Assembly (NCBI GenBank): GCA_046484865.1
Contig: JAWOID010000079.1
Coordinates: forward strand, 19,548 to 83,547
DNA length: 64,000 nt
DNA from: Candidatus Krumholzibacteriia bacterium
Lineage (GTDB): Bacteria; Krumholzibacteriota; Krumholzibacteriia; LZORAL124-64-63
Direction: 5' to 3'
Positions 45,994 to 55,477 of the stretch are shown here, in pieces. The notes under the pieces are model-generated. The model worked only from the letters and a program-made list of their open reading frames with translations. It did not search any database and had not been told where the DNA came from. Both the position numbers and the translations under genes were made by a program. Positions within the stretch are counted from its first letter, which is position 1, and each line of letters begins with the position of its first letter.

Positions 45994-47367
45994 CTACCCA
46001 TGCTCGTAGATGTTGAGGCCCTTGATGTTGCAGAACTCCCGCAGGCCGAACCAGGAGAGCTCCCGGCCGATGCCGCTCTGCTTGATGCCGCCGAAGGGCA
46101 TCCGGGGATCGCTCTTGGTGATCGAGTTCACGAAGACGGTCCCGGAGGCCAGTCGCCGCGCCACGCGCTCGCCTCGCTCGAGGTCGCGGGTCCAGACGCT
46201 GCCGCCGAGACCGAAGGGCGAGTCGTTGGCCACGCGCACGGCCTCGTCCTCGTCCTCGACCACGATCACCGGCGCCACCGGCCCGAAGACCTCCTCCCGG
46301 ATCACGCGCATGTCCTGGGCCACGCCGGACAGCACCGTCGGCTCGAGGAAGATCCCGGCACGATCCGCGCGCTGACCGCCCGCCAGGACGTGCGCGCCGC
46401 GGTGAACGGCGTCGTCGATCTGCTCGATCAGCTCGTCGAGGGCGCCCTCGTTGACGATCGCACCCACCTCCGTCGCCTCGTCCAGCGGATCGCCGAGTTT
46501 CAGCCCGGCCATCAGGGCCGCGAAGCGCGCGACGAACACGTCGGCCTGGCGCCGCACCACGATGAAGCGCTTGGCCGCGATGCAGCTCTGCCCCGTGCAG
46601 AGCATCCGGCCCTTCACCGCATTGCGCGCCGCCACCTCGATGTCGGCATCCTCGAGGACGATGAACGGATCGGAGCCGCCCAGTTCCAGCACCACCTTCT
46701 TGAGGTGGCGCCCGGCCGCCTCGGCGATCCGCTCCCCCGCCTCCGTGGACCCGGTGAGAGATACGCCGCGCACGCGGGAGTCGGCGATCAGCTCGCCCAC
46801 CGTGGCGTGGTCGGCCAGAACGCTGCGGAACAGATCGTCCGGAAATCCCGCGTCGCGGAACAGCTGCTCGATGGCCAGGCTGCAGCCGGTCACGTTGCTG
46901 GCGTGCTTCAGGATGCCGGCGTTGCCGGCGCAGAGCGTCGGCACGGCGAACCGCAGGGCCTGCCAGTACGGGTAGTTCCACGGCATGATCGAGAGCACCA
47001 CTCCGAGCGGCTCGTAGATCACCCGGTGCTTCAGCCCGTCCGCCTCGACCGCCTCTTCCGCGAGCCAGCGCTCGGCGTGGTCGGCGTACACCTCGCATAG
47101 CCAGGCGCACTTCTCGACCTCGCCCCGCGCCTCGGTGATCGGCTTGCCCATCTCCCTGGACATGAGTTCCGCGTGGTCCTGTTGCTGGCGGCGGAGCACG
47201 GCGGCGAGTTCGTGGAACAGACCGGCACGGTCCCGCACCGGCGACTCCGCCCAAGCTCGCTGCGCCTCGGCGACGGCGCCGAGAATCGCCAGCACCTGGG
47301 TCCGGGGCATGTGCTCGTAGGTGGCGAGCGTCTCGCCGGTGGCGGGATTGATGGTCGTGATGGCCAA
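45994..47367 (-). CDS. NAD(P)-dependent succinate-semialdehyde dehydrogenase (Sad/GabD1-like)
   Basis: IMPWNYP, LTGS, LELGGSDP, catalytic GQSCIAAK, EEVFGPV, PFGGIKQSG. Confidence 0.92.
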   Translation of the reverse strand: MAITTINPATGETLATYEHMPRTQVLAILGAVAEAQRAWAESPVRDRAGLFHELAAVLRRQQQDHAELMSREMGKPITEARGEVEKCAWLCEVYADHAERWLAEEAVEADGLKHRVIYEPLGVVLSIMPWNYPYWQALRFAVPTLCAGNAGILKHASNVTGCSLAIEQLFRDAGFPDDLFRSVLADHATVGELIADSRVRGVSLTGSTEAGERIAEAAGRHLKKVVLELGGSDPFIVLEDADIEVAARNAVKGRMLCTGQSCIAAKRFIVVRRQADVFVARFAALMAGLKLGDPLDEATEVGAIVNEGALDELIEQIDDAVHRGAHVLAGGQRADRAGIFLEPTVLSGVAQDMRVIREEVFGPVAPVIVVEDEDEAVRVANDSPFGLGGSVWTRDLERGERVARRLASGTVFVNSITKSDPRMPFGGIKQSGIGRELSWFGLREFCNIKGLNIYEHG

Positions 47368-47573
47368 GATCGTCCTCCGGGACCAGGGGCTGGGACGCCG
47401 GCTCGCCGGACCGACACACCTGCCCGAGACGGTGTGAGCAAGCTGTAATCAACGATGTTAACGCCGGTTACGCGCAGCGGCAACCGATCTCTGCTCCGGC
47501 GCCCGAGATGCCCGCGGCCGGCTCCCCCGGCCGTTCCGACCGCGGTCCCCGGGGGTGGCGGACCCGGCCCCGA

Positions 47574-47602
47574 TTGCGGAATGCGTAAGTCCGGTTTAGA
47601 TT
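47574..47602 (+). promoter_or_regulatory. Putative sigma70 promoter
   Basis: TTGCGG-N17-TAGATT upstream of 47733. Confidence 0.5.
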
Positions 47603-47732
47603 GCGCGCCCACGCGCATGGCTGACGGCGGCTGTTCGCCGGTCCTCGGCGATCGACCGGCCCGTCCTGGCCGGCGTCGATCCGACGTCGTCTCGATCCCG
47701 CGGGCCCCGGTCGCCCGCTCCTGGAGGTCAAC

Positions 47733-48320
47733 ATGAAGACGAACTTGTCAATGCTGTCCACCGTCCTGCTGGTCGTCGCGGCGCTCACCTCCCTGGCGAG
47801 CGCCCGTCCCGCGTTGCCGGAGTTCCCGGGGCAGGGCTCCTTCGCGGATCTCCTGCAGGACGACATCGTCGTGCCGCCCGAGTGGGCCGGGATCTTCGAC
47901 GTGGACCTGGCGCTGTACGACTGCGCCACCGATATCCTGCTCTTCGCCGCATCGCAGCAGGACACCATCTGCACGGGCGATTCGGCCACCGACCCCGGCG
48001 ACGACACCGAACTCACCTTCACCTGCTCCGGAGGATTCGACGGCAACACGTTCAGTGCCGTCTGCGACGGATCGGCCGAGATCGAGCCCGGTTGCACCCA
48101 GACGCTCGTGGCCACCTACACCGGCTCGCTCTCCGGCGACACGGTGACCGTGGTCGCCGTCGCCGACATCACGTACAGCGGCGCGACCTGCGTCGATGTC
48201 GAGGACTCGTGCATCCGCATCGAGACGACGTCCGTGCGGGTGGGACCGGAACCCCCGAGCTGCGGTCAGACGCCGGCGGAATCCGGCACCTGGAGCGCCG
48301 TGAAGGACATCTATCGCTGA
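47733..48320 (+). CDS. Secreted acidic Cys-rich protein with C-terminal TWSAVKDIYR motif
   Basis: Sec signal (MKTN..SLASA), 8 Cys, beta-rich, GGAGG RBS. Confidence 0.85.
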   Translation: MKTNLSMLSTVLLVVAALTSLASARPALPEFPGQGSFADLLQDDIVVPPEWAGIFDVDLALYDCATDILLFAASQQDTICTGDSATDPGDDTELTFTCSGGFDGNTFSAVCDGSAEIEPGCTQTLVATYTGSLSGDTVTVVAVADITYSGATCVDVEDSCIRIETTSVRVGPEPPSCGQTPAESGTWSAVKDIYR

Positions 48321-48359
48321 TATGGCAGGCCGCGCCTCCGAGCGTGTCGAGAGAGGAGG

Positions 48360-48854
48360 ATGATCGTGCGCAAGAAGATCAGCCGCGCGTCGCCCCAGGA
48401 TGCCGGCGCGCGCGAAGGCTGGCTCGACGTCGAGCGGACGGCGACCGTCGAGATCACGTCCGAGGACCCGGATCATCCGGTCGAAGCAGCTCTGTTGCCC
48501 GAGGCGGACAGCGGCCGGACGCCCATGGCCGGCTGGCGGGCCGCCGGTCCCGGCGAGCAGCGGATACGCCTGACGTTCGACGGGCCGCAGCACCTGCGCC
48601 GGATCCGTCTCGAGTTCGTCGAGGACGAGCACGAGCGCACCCAGCAGTTCGTCCTGCGCTGCTCGCGTGCAGGTGGGCACCCGGACGAGGAGATCCTCCG
48701 GCAGCAGTGGAACTTCAGCCCCCGGGGCGCCACCCGGGAAACCGAGGACCTGTCGGTCGATCTGCCCGGCGTGACCTCGCTCGAACTCGTGATCATGCCC
48801 GACATCGGCGGCGGGGAGGCGAGGGCTTCGCTCTCATCGCTGCGGGTCGGTTGA
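48360..48854 (+). CDS. Galactose-binding-like (discoidin/APC10-like) fold protein
   Basis: VEITSED.HPVE.AL, GWRAA.PG.Q.I.L.F, RQQWNFSP. Confidence 0.7.
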   Translation: MIVRKKISRASPQDAGAREGWLDVERTATVEITSEDPDHPVEAALLPEADSGRTPMAGWRAAGPGEQRIRLTFDGPQHLRRIRLEFVEDEHERTQQFVLRCSRAGGHPDEEILRQQWNFSPRGATRETEDLSVDLPGVTSLELVIMPDIGGGEARASLSSLRVG

Positions 48855-48883
48855 GGCGTCTTCGCGTGAGGCCTTGCAACGCC

Positions 48884-48911
48884 CGCGCGAGGGGCATGGT
48901 CCCCTCGCGCG
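48884..48911. terminator. Stem-loop between convergent genes
   Basis: CGCGCGAGGGG-catggt-CCCCTCGCGCG directly after the nuoN stop. Confidence 0.6.
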
Positions 48912-50441
48912 TCAGTACGTGACGCTGGCGAACGTCCCCGTCGCCAGGTAGTAGAGCCCCCCCGGCAGGATCCCCAGGAAGATCACCAGCACCGCCAGGA
49001 CGCCGGCCGTGAAGGCAGATTCCCAGTTCCGCCCGTCGTAGCTCTCTTCCTCGGTCGGTTTCATGTACATGACCACGACGACGCGCAGGTAGTAGTAGAC
49101 CGAGATGAGCGAATTCACCACGCCCCAGATGGCCAGCGGCACCAGGCCGGCACGGACGACCGCCTCGAAGATGTAGAACTTGCCCATGAACCCCACGGTG
49201 GGCGGTATGCCGGCCAGGGAGAACATCGCCACGGCGATCGCGGCGGCGGCGACCGGCTGCCGCCGCGCCAGCCCCGCGTACAGGTTGATGTCGTCGGCCT
49301 CGTGGTTCTGGTCACGGCCGAGCACGTTGATGATCCCGAATACCGCCAGGTTCATCAGGGAGTAGCCGATGAGGTAGAAGAGCACGCCACCGCCGGCGGC
49401 GGCGGCGATCTCCTGCGCGCGCAGGGCCAGGGAGGCCTCCCCCCGGCCGGGCGCCATCAGCGCCAGGACGCCCAGCAGCATGTAGCCCGCGTGCGCGATG
49501 CTCGAGTAGGCGAGCATGCGCTTGATGTTGCTCTGCGCCAGCGCGATGAGGTTGCCCACGGTCATGGTGAGCACGGCCAGCACCGCCAGCAGCGAGAACC
49601 AGACCAGCGCGCCGGCGGGCTGCATGAGGACCACCCAGCGCACGAGCGCCGCGAATGCCGCCGCTTTCACCGCCGTGGCCATGAAGCCGGTGATGTAGGC
49701 GGGCGCCCCGTCGTACACGTCGGGGGTCCACATGTGGAACGGTACCGCCGCCACCTTGAAGGAGAATCCCACGAGCATCAGACCGCTCGCCGCCGCGACC
49801 AGCATCGTGCTGCCGGCGCCGCCGTGCAGGGCCGAGCGCACGTCGGCGTAGGCCGTGCCCCCGGCGTACCCGTACATCAGGGCGATGCCCATCAGCAGGA
49901 TGGCGGAGGCGAAGCCCCCCAGCAGCAGGTACTTCATGCCGGCCTCGCTGGACCGCAGCGATCCCTTGCGGCCTCCCACCAGCACGTACACCGCCAGGCT
50001 CATCGTCTCCAGGCCGAGGTAGAGCGTCATCAGGTCGCTGGCCGAAGCCAGGACCATCATGCCGAGGATGGCGAACAGCAGCAGGGGATAGAACTCGGGC
50101 CGGTAGTCACCGTCGCGGTCGAACGTGGCCGTGGCGTACGTCACCGTCACCAGCCCCACGCCCAGGAAGATGAAGTTGAAGAACTGGGCGTAGCCCTCGT
50201 GTCGGATCATCCCGCCGAGCAGGTCGTCGTCCACGGCCGGCGTGAAGTAGAGCGCCAGGCCGGCGACGATCAGGACCGCCTGGCTGAAGAAGGCCAGATG
50301 TCCCTTCTTGATGGTCTGCACGAAGGCGTCCACCAGCATCACGGCGAGGCCGCCGCCGGCCACCACCAGGTATGGCAGCAGCGCGCGCAGCTGGATGGAG
50401 AGCGCCGCGGGCACCTGCGGCTCCAGAACGATGGGCTGCAT
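48912..50441 (-). CDS. nuoN: NADH-quinone oxidoreductase subunit N
   Basis: EAGMKYLLLG, FKVAAVPFHMWTPDVYDGAP, KRMLAYSSIAH. Confidence 0.95.
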   Translation of the reverse strand: MQPIVLEPQVPAALSIQLRALLPYLVVAGGGLAVMLVDAFVQTIKKGHLAFFSQAVLIVAGLALYFTPAVDDDLLGGMIRHEGYAQFFNFIFLGVGLVTVTYATATFDRDGDYRPEFYPLLLFAILGMMVLASASDLMTLYLGLETMSLAVYVLVGGRKGSLRSSEAGMKYLLLGGFASAILLMGIALMYGYAGGTAYADVRSALHGGAGSTMLVAAASGLMLVGFSFKVAAVPFHMWTPDVYDGAPAYITGFMATAVKAAAFAALVRWVVLMQPAGALVWFSLLAVLAVLTMTVGNLIALAQSNIKRMLAYSSIAHAGYMLLGVLALMAPGRGEASLALRAQEIAAAAGGGVLFYLIGYSLMNLAVFGIINVLGRDQNHEADDINLYAGLARRQPVAAAAIAVAMFSLAGIPPTVGFMGKFYIFEAVVRAGLVPLAIWGVVNSLISVYYYLRVVVVMYMKPTEEESYDGRNWESAFTAGVLAVLVIFLGILPGGLYYLATGTFASVTY

Positions 50442-52016
50442 CTACTTCTCCTCCACGAGGCTCACGCGGTCCAGGTCGTCTGCCGGCGCGAAGGCGGCGT
50501 GAATGCCCGCTGGCGGCCCCGGTAGCCGCATCTGCTCGGTCACGGGCCCCATCACCTGCTCGATGCTGGCCTCCACCTTGTCGAGGACCAGCCCCGGCCG
50601 CACGCCGAGCCAGAAGATGAAGACGACCATGGGGGTCAGGACCACCAGCTCGCGCGGGGTGAGGTCGGTCAGGTTCCGGTTCGCCTCGTTCGTGAGCTTG
50701 CCGAAGAACACGCGCTGGTACATCCAGAGCATGTAGATGGCGCCGAGGACCACGCCGCTGGTGGCCAGGACGGCGAAGAGCCGCGCGTTCGGCAGCAGGT
50801 CGCTACCGAACGTCCCGAACAGGATCATGAACTCGCCCACGAAGCCCGAGAGGCCGGGCAGGCCGACGCTGGCCAGCGTGGCGATCATGAAGAACACCGC
50901 GAACACCGGCATCTGGTGCGCCAGGCCGCCGAACTCCGAGATCTCGCGGGTGTGCCGCCGCTCGTAGATGACCCCCACCAGGAGGAAGAGCATGCCCGTC
51001 GACAGGCCGTGCGCCAGCATCTGGAAGACGCCTCCGGCCACGCCGACGTCGTCCAGGCTGAACAGCCCCAGCACCACGAAACCCAGGTGGCTGACCGAGG
51101 AGTAGGCCACCAGCTTCTTCACGTCCGGCTGCACCATGGCCACCAGGGCGCCGTAGATGATCCCGATCACCGCCAGCACGCTGATCCAGGGCGCGAAGAT
51201 GGTCACCGCGGCCGGGAAGAGCGGGATCGCGAACCGCAGCAGGCCGTACGTCCCCATCTTCAGGAGCACGCCCGCCAGCACCACCGAGCCGGCGGTCGGC
51301 GCCTCCACGTGCGCGTCCGGCAGCCAGGTGTGCAGCGGCCACAGGGGAACCTTGATGGCGAACGCGAGGGTGAACGCGAGGAATAACCAGACCTGCTCAC
51401 GCGTGTCCAGCGGCAGCGCCAGGAACGCCGCCAGGTCCATGCTGCCGGCCTTGAAGAAGCAGTAGAGGATGGCGACCAGCATGAGCAGCGATCCCACCAT
51501 GGTGAAGATGAAGAACTTCACCGTCGCGTAGATGCGCCGCTCGCCGCCCCAGATCCCGATGATGAAGTACATCGGGATGAGCATGGACTCCCAGAAGACG
51601 TAGAACAGCAGCATGTCCCGGGCGAGGAAAGTGCCCAGCATGGCGGTCTGCAGCATGAGGAGGAAGCCCATGAACTCGGCCACGCGCTCCTTCACGGCCG
51701 CCCACGCGCTGAGCACGATGATGGGGCCGAGGAAGGTGGTGAGCATGACCAGCACCAGGCTGATCCCGTCCATGCCGAGGGCATACTGCACCTTGCCGCC
51801 GAAGAGCCAGTCGGCGCGCTCGACGAACTGGTCGGTGCCGCGTCCCGCGTCGAACTGGAACCAGAGGTACAGGGACAGCGCGAAGTCGGCGAGGGTGAAC
51901 ACCAGCGCCGTGACCCGGGCGACGTTATCCCGGCGCAGCGCCAGGAAGATCAGCACGGTCCCCACCAGCGGCAGGAACGTCATCCAGGTGAGCAAGTGAT
52001 CCGTGATCCAGGACAA
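50442..52016 (-). CDS. nuoM: Complex I subunit M
   Basis: FYVFWE, KVPLWPLHTWLPDAHVEAP, KKLVAYSS. Confidence 0.96.
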   Translation of the reverse strand: MSWITDHLLTWMTFLPLVGTVLIFLALRRDNVARVTALVFTLADFALSLYLWFQFDAGRGTDQFVERADWLFGGKVQYALGMDGISLVLVMLTTFLGPIIVLSAWAAVKERVAEFMGFLLMLQTAMLGTFLARDMLLFYVFWESMLIPMYFIIGIWGGERRIYATVKFFIFTMVGSLLMLVAILYCFFKAGSMDLAAFLALPLDTREQVWLFLAFTLAFAIKVPLWPLHTWLPDAHVEAPTAGSVVLAGVLLKMGTYGLLRFAIPLFPAAVTIFAPWISVLAVIGIIYGALVAMVQPDVKKLVAYSSVSHLGFVVLGLFSLDDVGVAGGVFQMLAHGLSTGMLFLLVGVIYERRHTREISEFGGLAHQMPVFAVFFMIATLASVGLPGLSGFVGEFMILFGTFGSDLLPNARLFAVLATSGVVLGAIYMLWMYQRVFFGKLTNEANRNLTDLTPRELVVLTPMVVFIFWLGVRPGLVLDKVEASIEQVMGPVTEQMRLPGPPAGIHAAFAPADDLDRVSLVEEK

Positions 52017-52028
52017 TCCAGCGCCCTC

Positions 52029-54080
52029 CTAGACCGAGAAGGTGAGGTAGAGCACGAAAACCGTCAGCCCGAGGGCGAAGGTGTACGCGTAGAACCTGAC
52101 CAGCCCGTTCTGCATCAGCCGCAGCACCGAGCCGGTGATGGCGACGAAGAACGCCGAGCCGTTCACGAGCAGGCCATCGATGAATCCGGCATCGATCCAC
52201 TTCCAGAGCACCGTCCGCGACAGCCGGAAACCCGGCTGCACGACGGCGGCCTCGTAGGCCTCGTCGACGTAGTACTTGTTCAGCAGCACGCGGTGGACGT
52301 TGCCGCCGGCCAGGCCCCGCAACCGCTCGGCGAGGTCGACACGGTTCCGGTAGATCCAGTAGCCCAGCGTCAACCCGAGCAGGCCCCAGAGCAACGACGC
52401 GCCGGCCAGGATCCATTCCCAGGTGGCCGGCCCGTGCTCGGCGTGAGCGACGGTGGCCGGGCCGTGGGCGGCATCCGGCACGGCATGTGCGCCTCCGGCC
52501 GCGCCGTGCGCCAGGTCCGCGGGAGAGGTGCCCACGTCGGCCGAGAGGACCGCGCTGCCGTGGAACACCGGCTCCAGCCAGCGCTCGAACTCGTTGGTGC
52601 CGCCCAGGAAGTGGGGCCAGCCGATCCAGCCGCCCACCAGAGCGAGCACCGCCAGGATCACCAGCGGCACGGTCATGGTCGCCGGCGACTCGTGGATGTG
52701 ATGGCGCACCTCCGCGCTGGCCCGGTTCTCGCCCAGGAACGTGAGCACCAGCAACCGCATCATGTAGAAGGCCGTGAGACCCGCGGCCAGGAACCCCACC
52801 CCCCACAGCCAGGGGTTGCCCTGCGAGAACGCGAACCAGAGGATCTCGTCCTTGCTGAAGAAACCGGCCAGCGGGAAGACGCCGGCAATGGCCAGCGTCC
52901 CCACCAGGAAGGTCCAGAACGTGATCGGCAGCTTGTTCTTGAGCCCGCCCATCCGCCGCATGTCCTGTTCGTTGCTCATGGCGTGGATCACCGAGCCCGA
53001 GCCGAGGAAGAGCAGGGCCTTGAAGAACGCGTGGGTCATGACGTGGAAGATGCCGGCGGTGAAGGCGCCCACGCCGCAGGCCAGCATCATGTAGCCGAGC
53101 TGGCTCACCGTGGAGTACGCCAGCACCTTCTTGATGTCGTTCTGCGCGATGGCGATGGTGGCGGCGAAGATCGCGGTCGCGGCGCCCACCACGGCCACCG
53201 TCAGCATGGCCGCCTCGCTCTGCACGTAGAGGAAGTTCATGCGCGCCACCATGTACACTCCCGCGGTCACCATCGTGGCGGCGTGGATGAGCGCGCTGAC
53301 CGGCGTGGGCCCGGCCATGGCGTCGGGCAACCAGACGAAGAGCGGGATCTGGGCCGACTTGCCGGTGGCGCCGAGGAAGAGCAGCAGGGCCGCGGCGGTG
53401 GCCACCGGGCCGAGCAGCGGCGCATGGGCCGCCATGGTGCGGAAGCTCAGCACGCCCTCGCCCTGGTGCAGGTGCGGCAGCAGGGTGACGCCGATCAGGA
53501 ACATGCCGATCAGGAAGCCGAAGTCGCCCACCCGGTTGAAGATGAACGCCTTCTTGCCCGCAGCGGCGTTGGCCTCGTCGCTCCACCAGAAGCTGATGAG
53601 GAGGTAGGAGCAGAGCCCGACGCCCTCCCAGCCCACGAACAGCACCAGCAGGTTCTCCCCCATCACCAGCGTCATCATCGCGAAGATGAACAGGTTCAGG
53701 TAGCTGAAGAAGCGCTGGAATCCCGGATCGTGAGCCATGTAGCCCAGCGAGTAGACGTGGATGAGGAAGCCCACGCCCGTGACGACCAGCGCCATCACCA
53801 CGCTCAGCGGGTCGAGCGTGAAGCCCAGGTCCACGCGGAGTTCGCCGAACCCGATCCAGGTGTAGACGATGTCGGTGAGAAGGCGTTCGCCCGCGGGCAT
53901 CCCCGCCAGCCGCAGGAACGCCACCACCGACAGGGTGAACGAGACCCCGACGGCCCCGCACGCCACCAGCCCGGCCACCACGCGGGGCAGGCGACGGTTG
54001 AGGAGGCCGTTGATCGCGGCACCCGCCAGGGGCACCAGCACGATCCAGCGGAGCAACGGTTCCAGCGCGGTCGTCTCCAC
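52029..54080 (-). CDS. nuoL: Complex I subunit L
   Basis: GKSAQIPLFVWLPDAMAGPTPVSALIHAATMV. Confidence 0.96.
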   Translation of the reverse strand: METTALEPLLRWIVLVPLAGAAINGLLNRRLPRVVAGLVACGAVGVSFTLSVVAFLRLAGMPAGERLLTDIVYTWIGFGELRVDLGFTLDPLSVVMALVVTGVGFLIHVYSLGYMAHDPGFQRFFSYLNLFIFAMMTLVMGENLLVLFVGWEGVGLCSYLLISFWWSDEANAAAGKKAFIFNRVGDFGFLIGMFLIGVTLLPHLHQGEGVLSFRTMAAHAPLLGPVATAAALLLFLGATGKSAQIPLFVWLPDAMAGPTPVSALIHAATMVTAGVYMVARMNFLYVQSEAAMLTVAVVGAATAIFAATIAIAQNDIKKVLAYSTVSQLGYMMLACGVGAFTAGIFHVMTHAFFKALLFLGSGSVIHAMSNEQDMRRMGGLKNKLPITFWTFLVGTLAIAGVFPLAGFFSKDEILWFAFSQGNPWLWGVGFLAAGLTAFYMMRLLVLTFLGENRASAEVRHHIHESPATMTVPLVILAVLALVGGWIGWPHFLGGTNEFERWLEPVFHGSAVLSADVGTSPADLAHGAAGGAHAVPDAAHGPATVAHAEHGPATWEWILAGASLLWGLLGLTLGYWIYRNRVDLAERLRGLAGGNVHRVLLNKYYVDEAYEAAVVQPGFRLSRTVLWKWIDAGFIDGLLVNGSAFFVAITGSVLRLMQNGLVRFYAYTFALGLTVFVLYLTFSV

Positions 54081-54084
54081 GGCA

Positions 54085-54390
54085 CTACTCCATCAGTACG
54101 GTGAGTTCGTCGACGTCCACGGTCCGGCGGCGGCGGAAGATCTCCACCAGGATCGCCAGCCCGATGGCCGCCTCGGTGGCCGCCACGGCGAAGTTCATCA
54201 GCACGAACACGTGCCCCGCGCCGTCGCCGTGCAGGCGGCTGAACGCCGCGAACACGATGTTGCACGAGGCCAGCATCAACTCGATGCACATCAGCATGAC
54301 GATGGCATTGCGGCGCACGATGAACCCGGTCATGCCGGTGAGGAAGAGCGCCGCCGCCAGCACCAGGTAATGCGTCAGGGTTATCTCCAC
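54085..54390 (-). CDS. nuoK: Complex I subunit K
   Basis: GTG start; RRNAIVMLMCIELML, AATEAAIGLA. Confidence 0.93.
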   Translation of the reverse strand: MEITLTHYLVLAAALFLTGMTGFIVRRNAIVMLMCIELMLASCNIVFAAFSRLHGDGAGHVFVLMNFAVAATEAAIGLAILVEIFRRRRTVDVDELTVLME

Positions 54391-54896
54391 GGCAGCTTCC
54401 TCTCCACCTTGCCGAGCGCCAGCGCTCCGATCATGCCCACCAGCAGGAGGATCGAGATGAGCTCGAACGCCAGCAGGTAGCGGCTCAGGAGCAGGTGCGC
54501 CACCCAGGCAGGCTCGCCGAACCCCTCCGGCACCGGACCGCTCAGGTCCACGGCCGGGACCCGGCGCACGAACGCCGCCGTCGCCAGGGCGATGGCCAGC
54601 ACCGGCAGCCCGACGAACGGCCAGATCCACGGCTTCAGCGGCCGGCGCTCATGCTCGAGCACCGGTCCCTGCAGCATCATGACCACGAACAGGAAGAGGA
54701 CCATGATGGCCCCCGCGTACACCAGGACCTGCAGCACGGCCAGGAACGGCGCCGAGAGCGCCGCGAAGATCCCGGCCGCGTTCAGGAAGGCGAAGATCAG
54801 CCAGCAGACCCCCACGACGGTGTCGCGCGTGATCACCATCGCGAGGCCCGACAGCACCATCAACGCCCCGCAGAAGTAGAACAGGAACGCCTCCAT
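54381..54896 (-). CDS. nuoJ: Complex I subunit J
   Basis: QVLVYAGAIMVLFLFVVMM, FELISILLL. Confidence 0.94.
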   Translation of the reverse strand: MEAFLFYFCGALMVLSGLAMVITRDTVVGVCWLIFAFLNAAGIFAALSAPFLAVLQVLVYAGAIMVLFLFVVMMLQGPVLEHERRPLKPWIWPFVGLPVLAIALATAAFVRRVPAVDLSGPVPEGFGEPAWVAHLLLSRYLLAFELISILLLVGMIGALALGKVERKLPWR

Positions 54897-54927
54897 GAAA
54901 TGCGCGCCTCTCCCCGTGACGAAGCCG

Positions 54928-55437
54928 TTACTCGCGAGTCCCGTCCGTCAGGTTGTTCAGGAGGAACTCCTTGCCCACGATGAACTTCTCCCGGCTGTCG
55001 GCCGCGATCTCGTAGATGCCCGTGTCCATGCGGATGGCGTCGCACGGGCAGGCCTCCTCGCACAAGCCGCAGTAGACGCAGCGCAGGAGGTCGATCTCGA
55101 AGACGTCCGGGTACTTCTCTATGGTCGGGTCCGGGTGTTCCGCCGCCACGATGTGGATGCAGTCGGCGGGACACACGGTGCTGCACATCATGCACGCCAC
55201 GCAGCGCGGCGAGCCGTCGTCCCGTTTCATCAGCCGGTGCCGTCCCCGGAAACGGTCGCTGTAGACCCGCTTCTCGTCGGGGTACTGCATCGTGGGCATC
55301 TCGGAGGTGCGGAACACGTTGCGCACGAGATGCCGCATGGTGATGCCGAGACCGCGCGCGATCTCCCACAGGTACAGCGAGTCGCGGAAGCTCCGCCGCT
55401 GTCGTCCCGTGGCCTCGGGTAGTCCCTTCAAGCTCAT
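54928..55437 (-). CDS. nuoI: Complex I subunit I
   Basis: Two CxxCxxCxxxCP ferredoxin motifs; QYPDE, RFRGRH. Confidence 0.95.
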   Translation of the reverse strand: MSLKGLPEATGRQRRSFRDSLYLWEIARGLGITMRHLVRNVFRTSEMPTMQYPDEKRVYSDRFRGRHRLMKRDDGSPRCVACMMCSTVCPADCIHIVAAEHPDPTIEKYPDVFEIDLLRCVYCGLCEEACPCDAIRMDTGIYEIAADSREKFIVGKEFLLNNLTDGTRE

Positions 55438-55477
55438 TTCCGTTCCTCTTCCTGAGCGAATCGCGGGGAGCGGCGCG

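Noticed and set aside
44186..48854. Mixed accessory genes as a possible mobile island
   Set aside because: No integrase, transposase, tRNA anchor, flanking repeats or visible compositional shift
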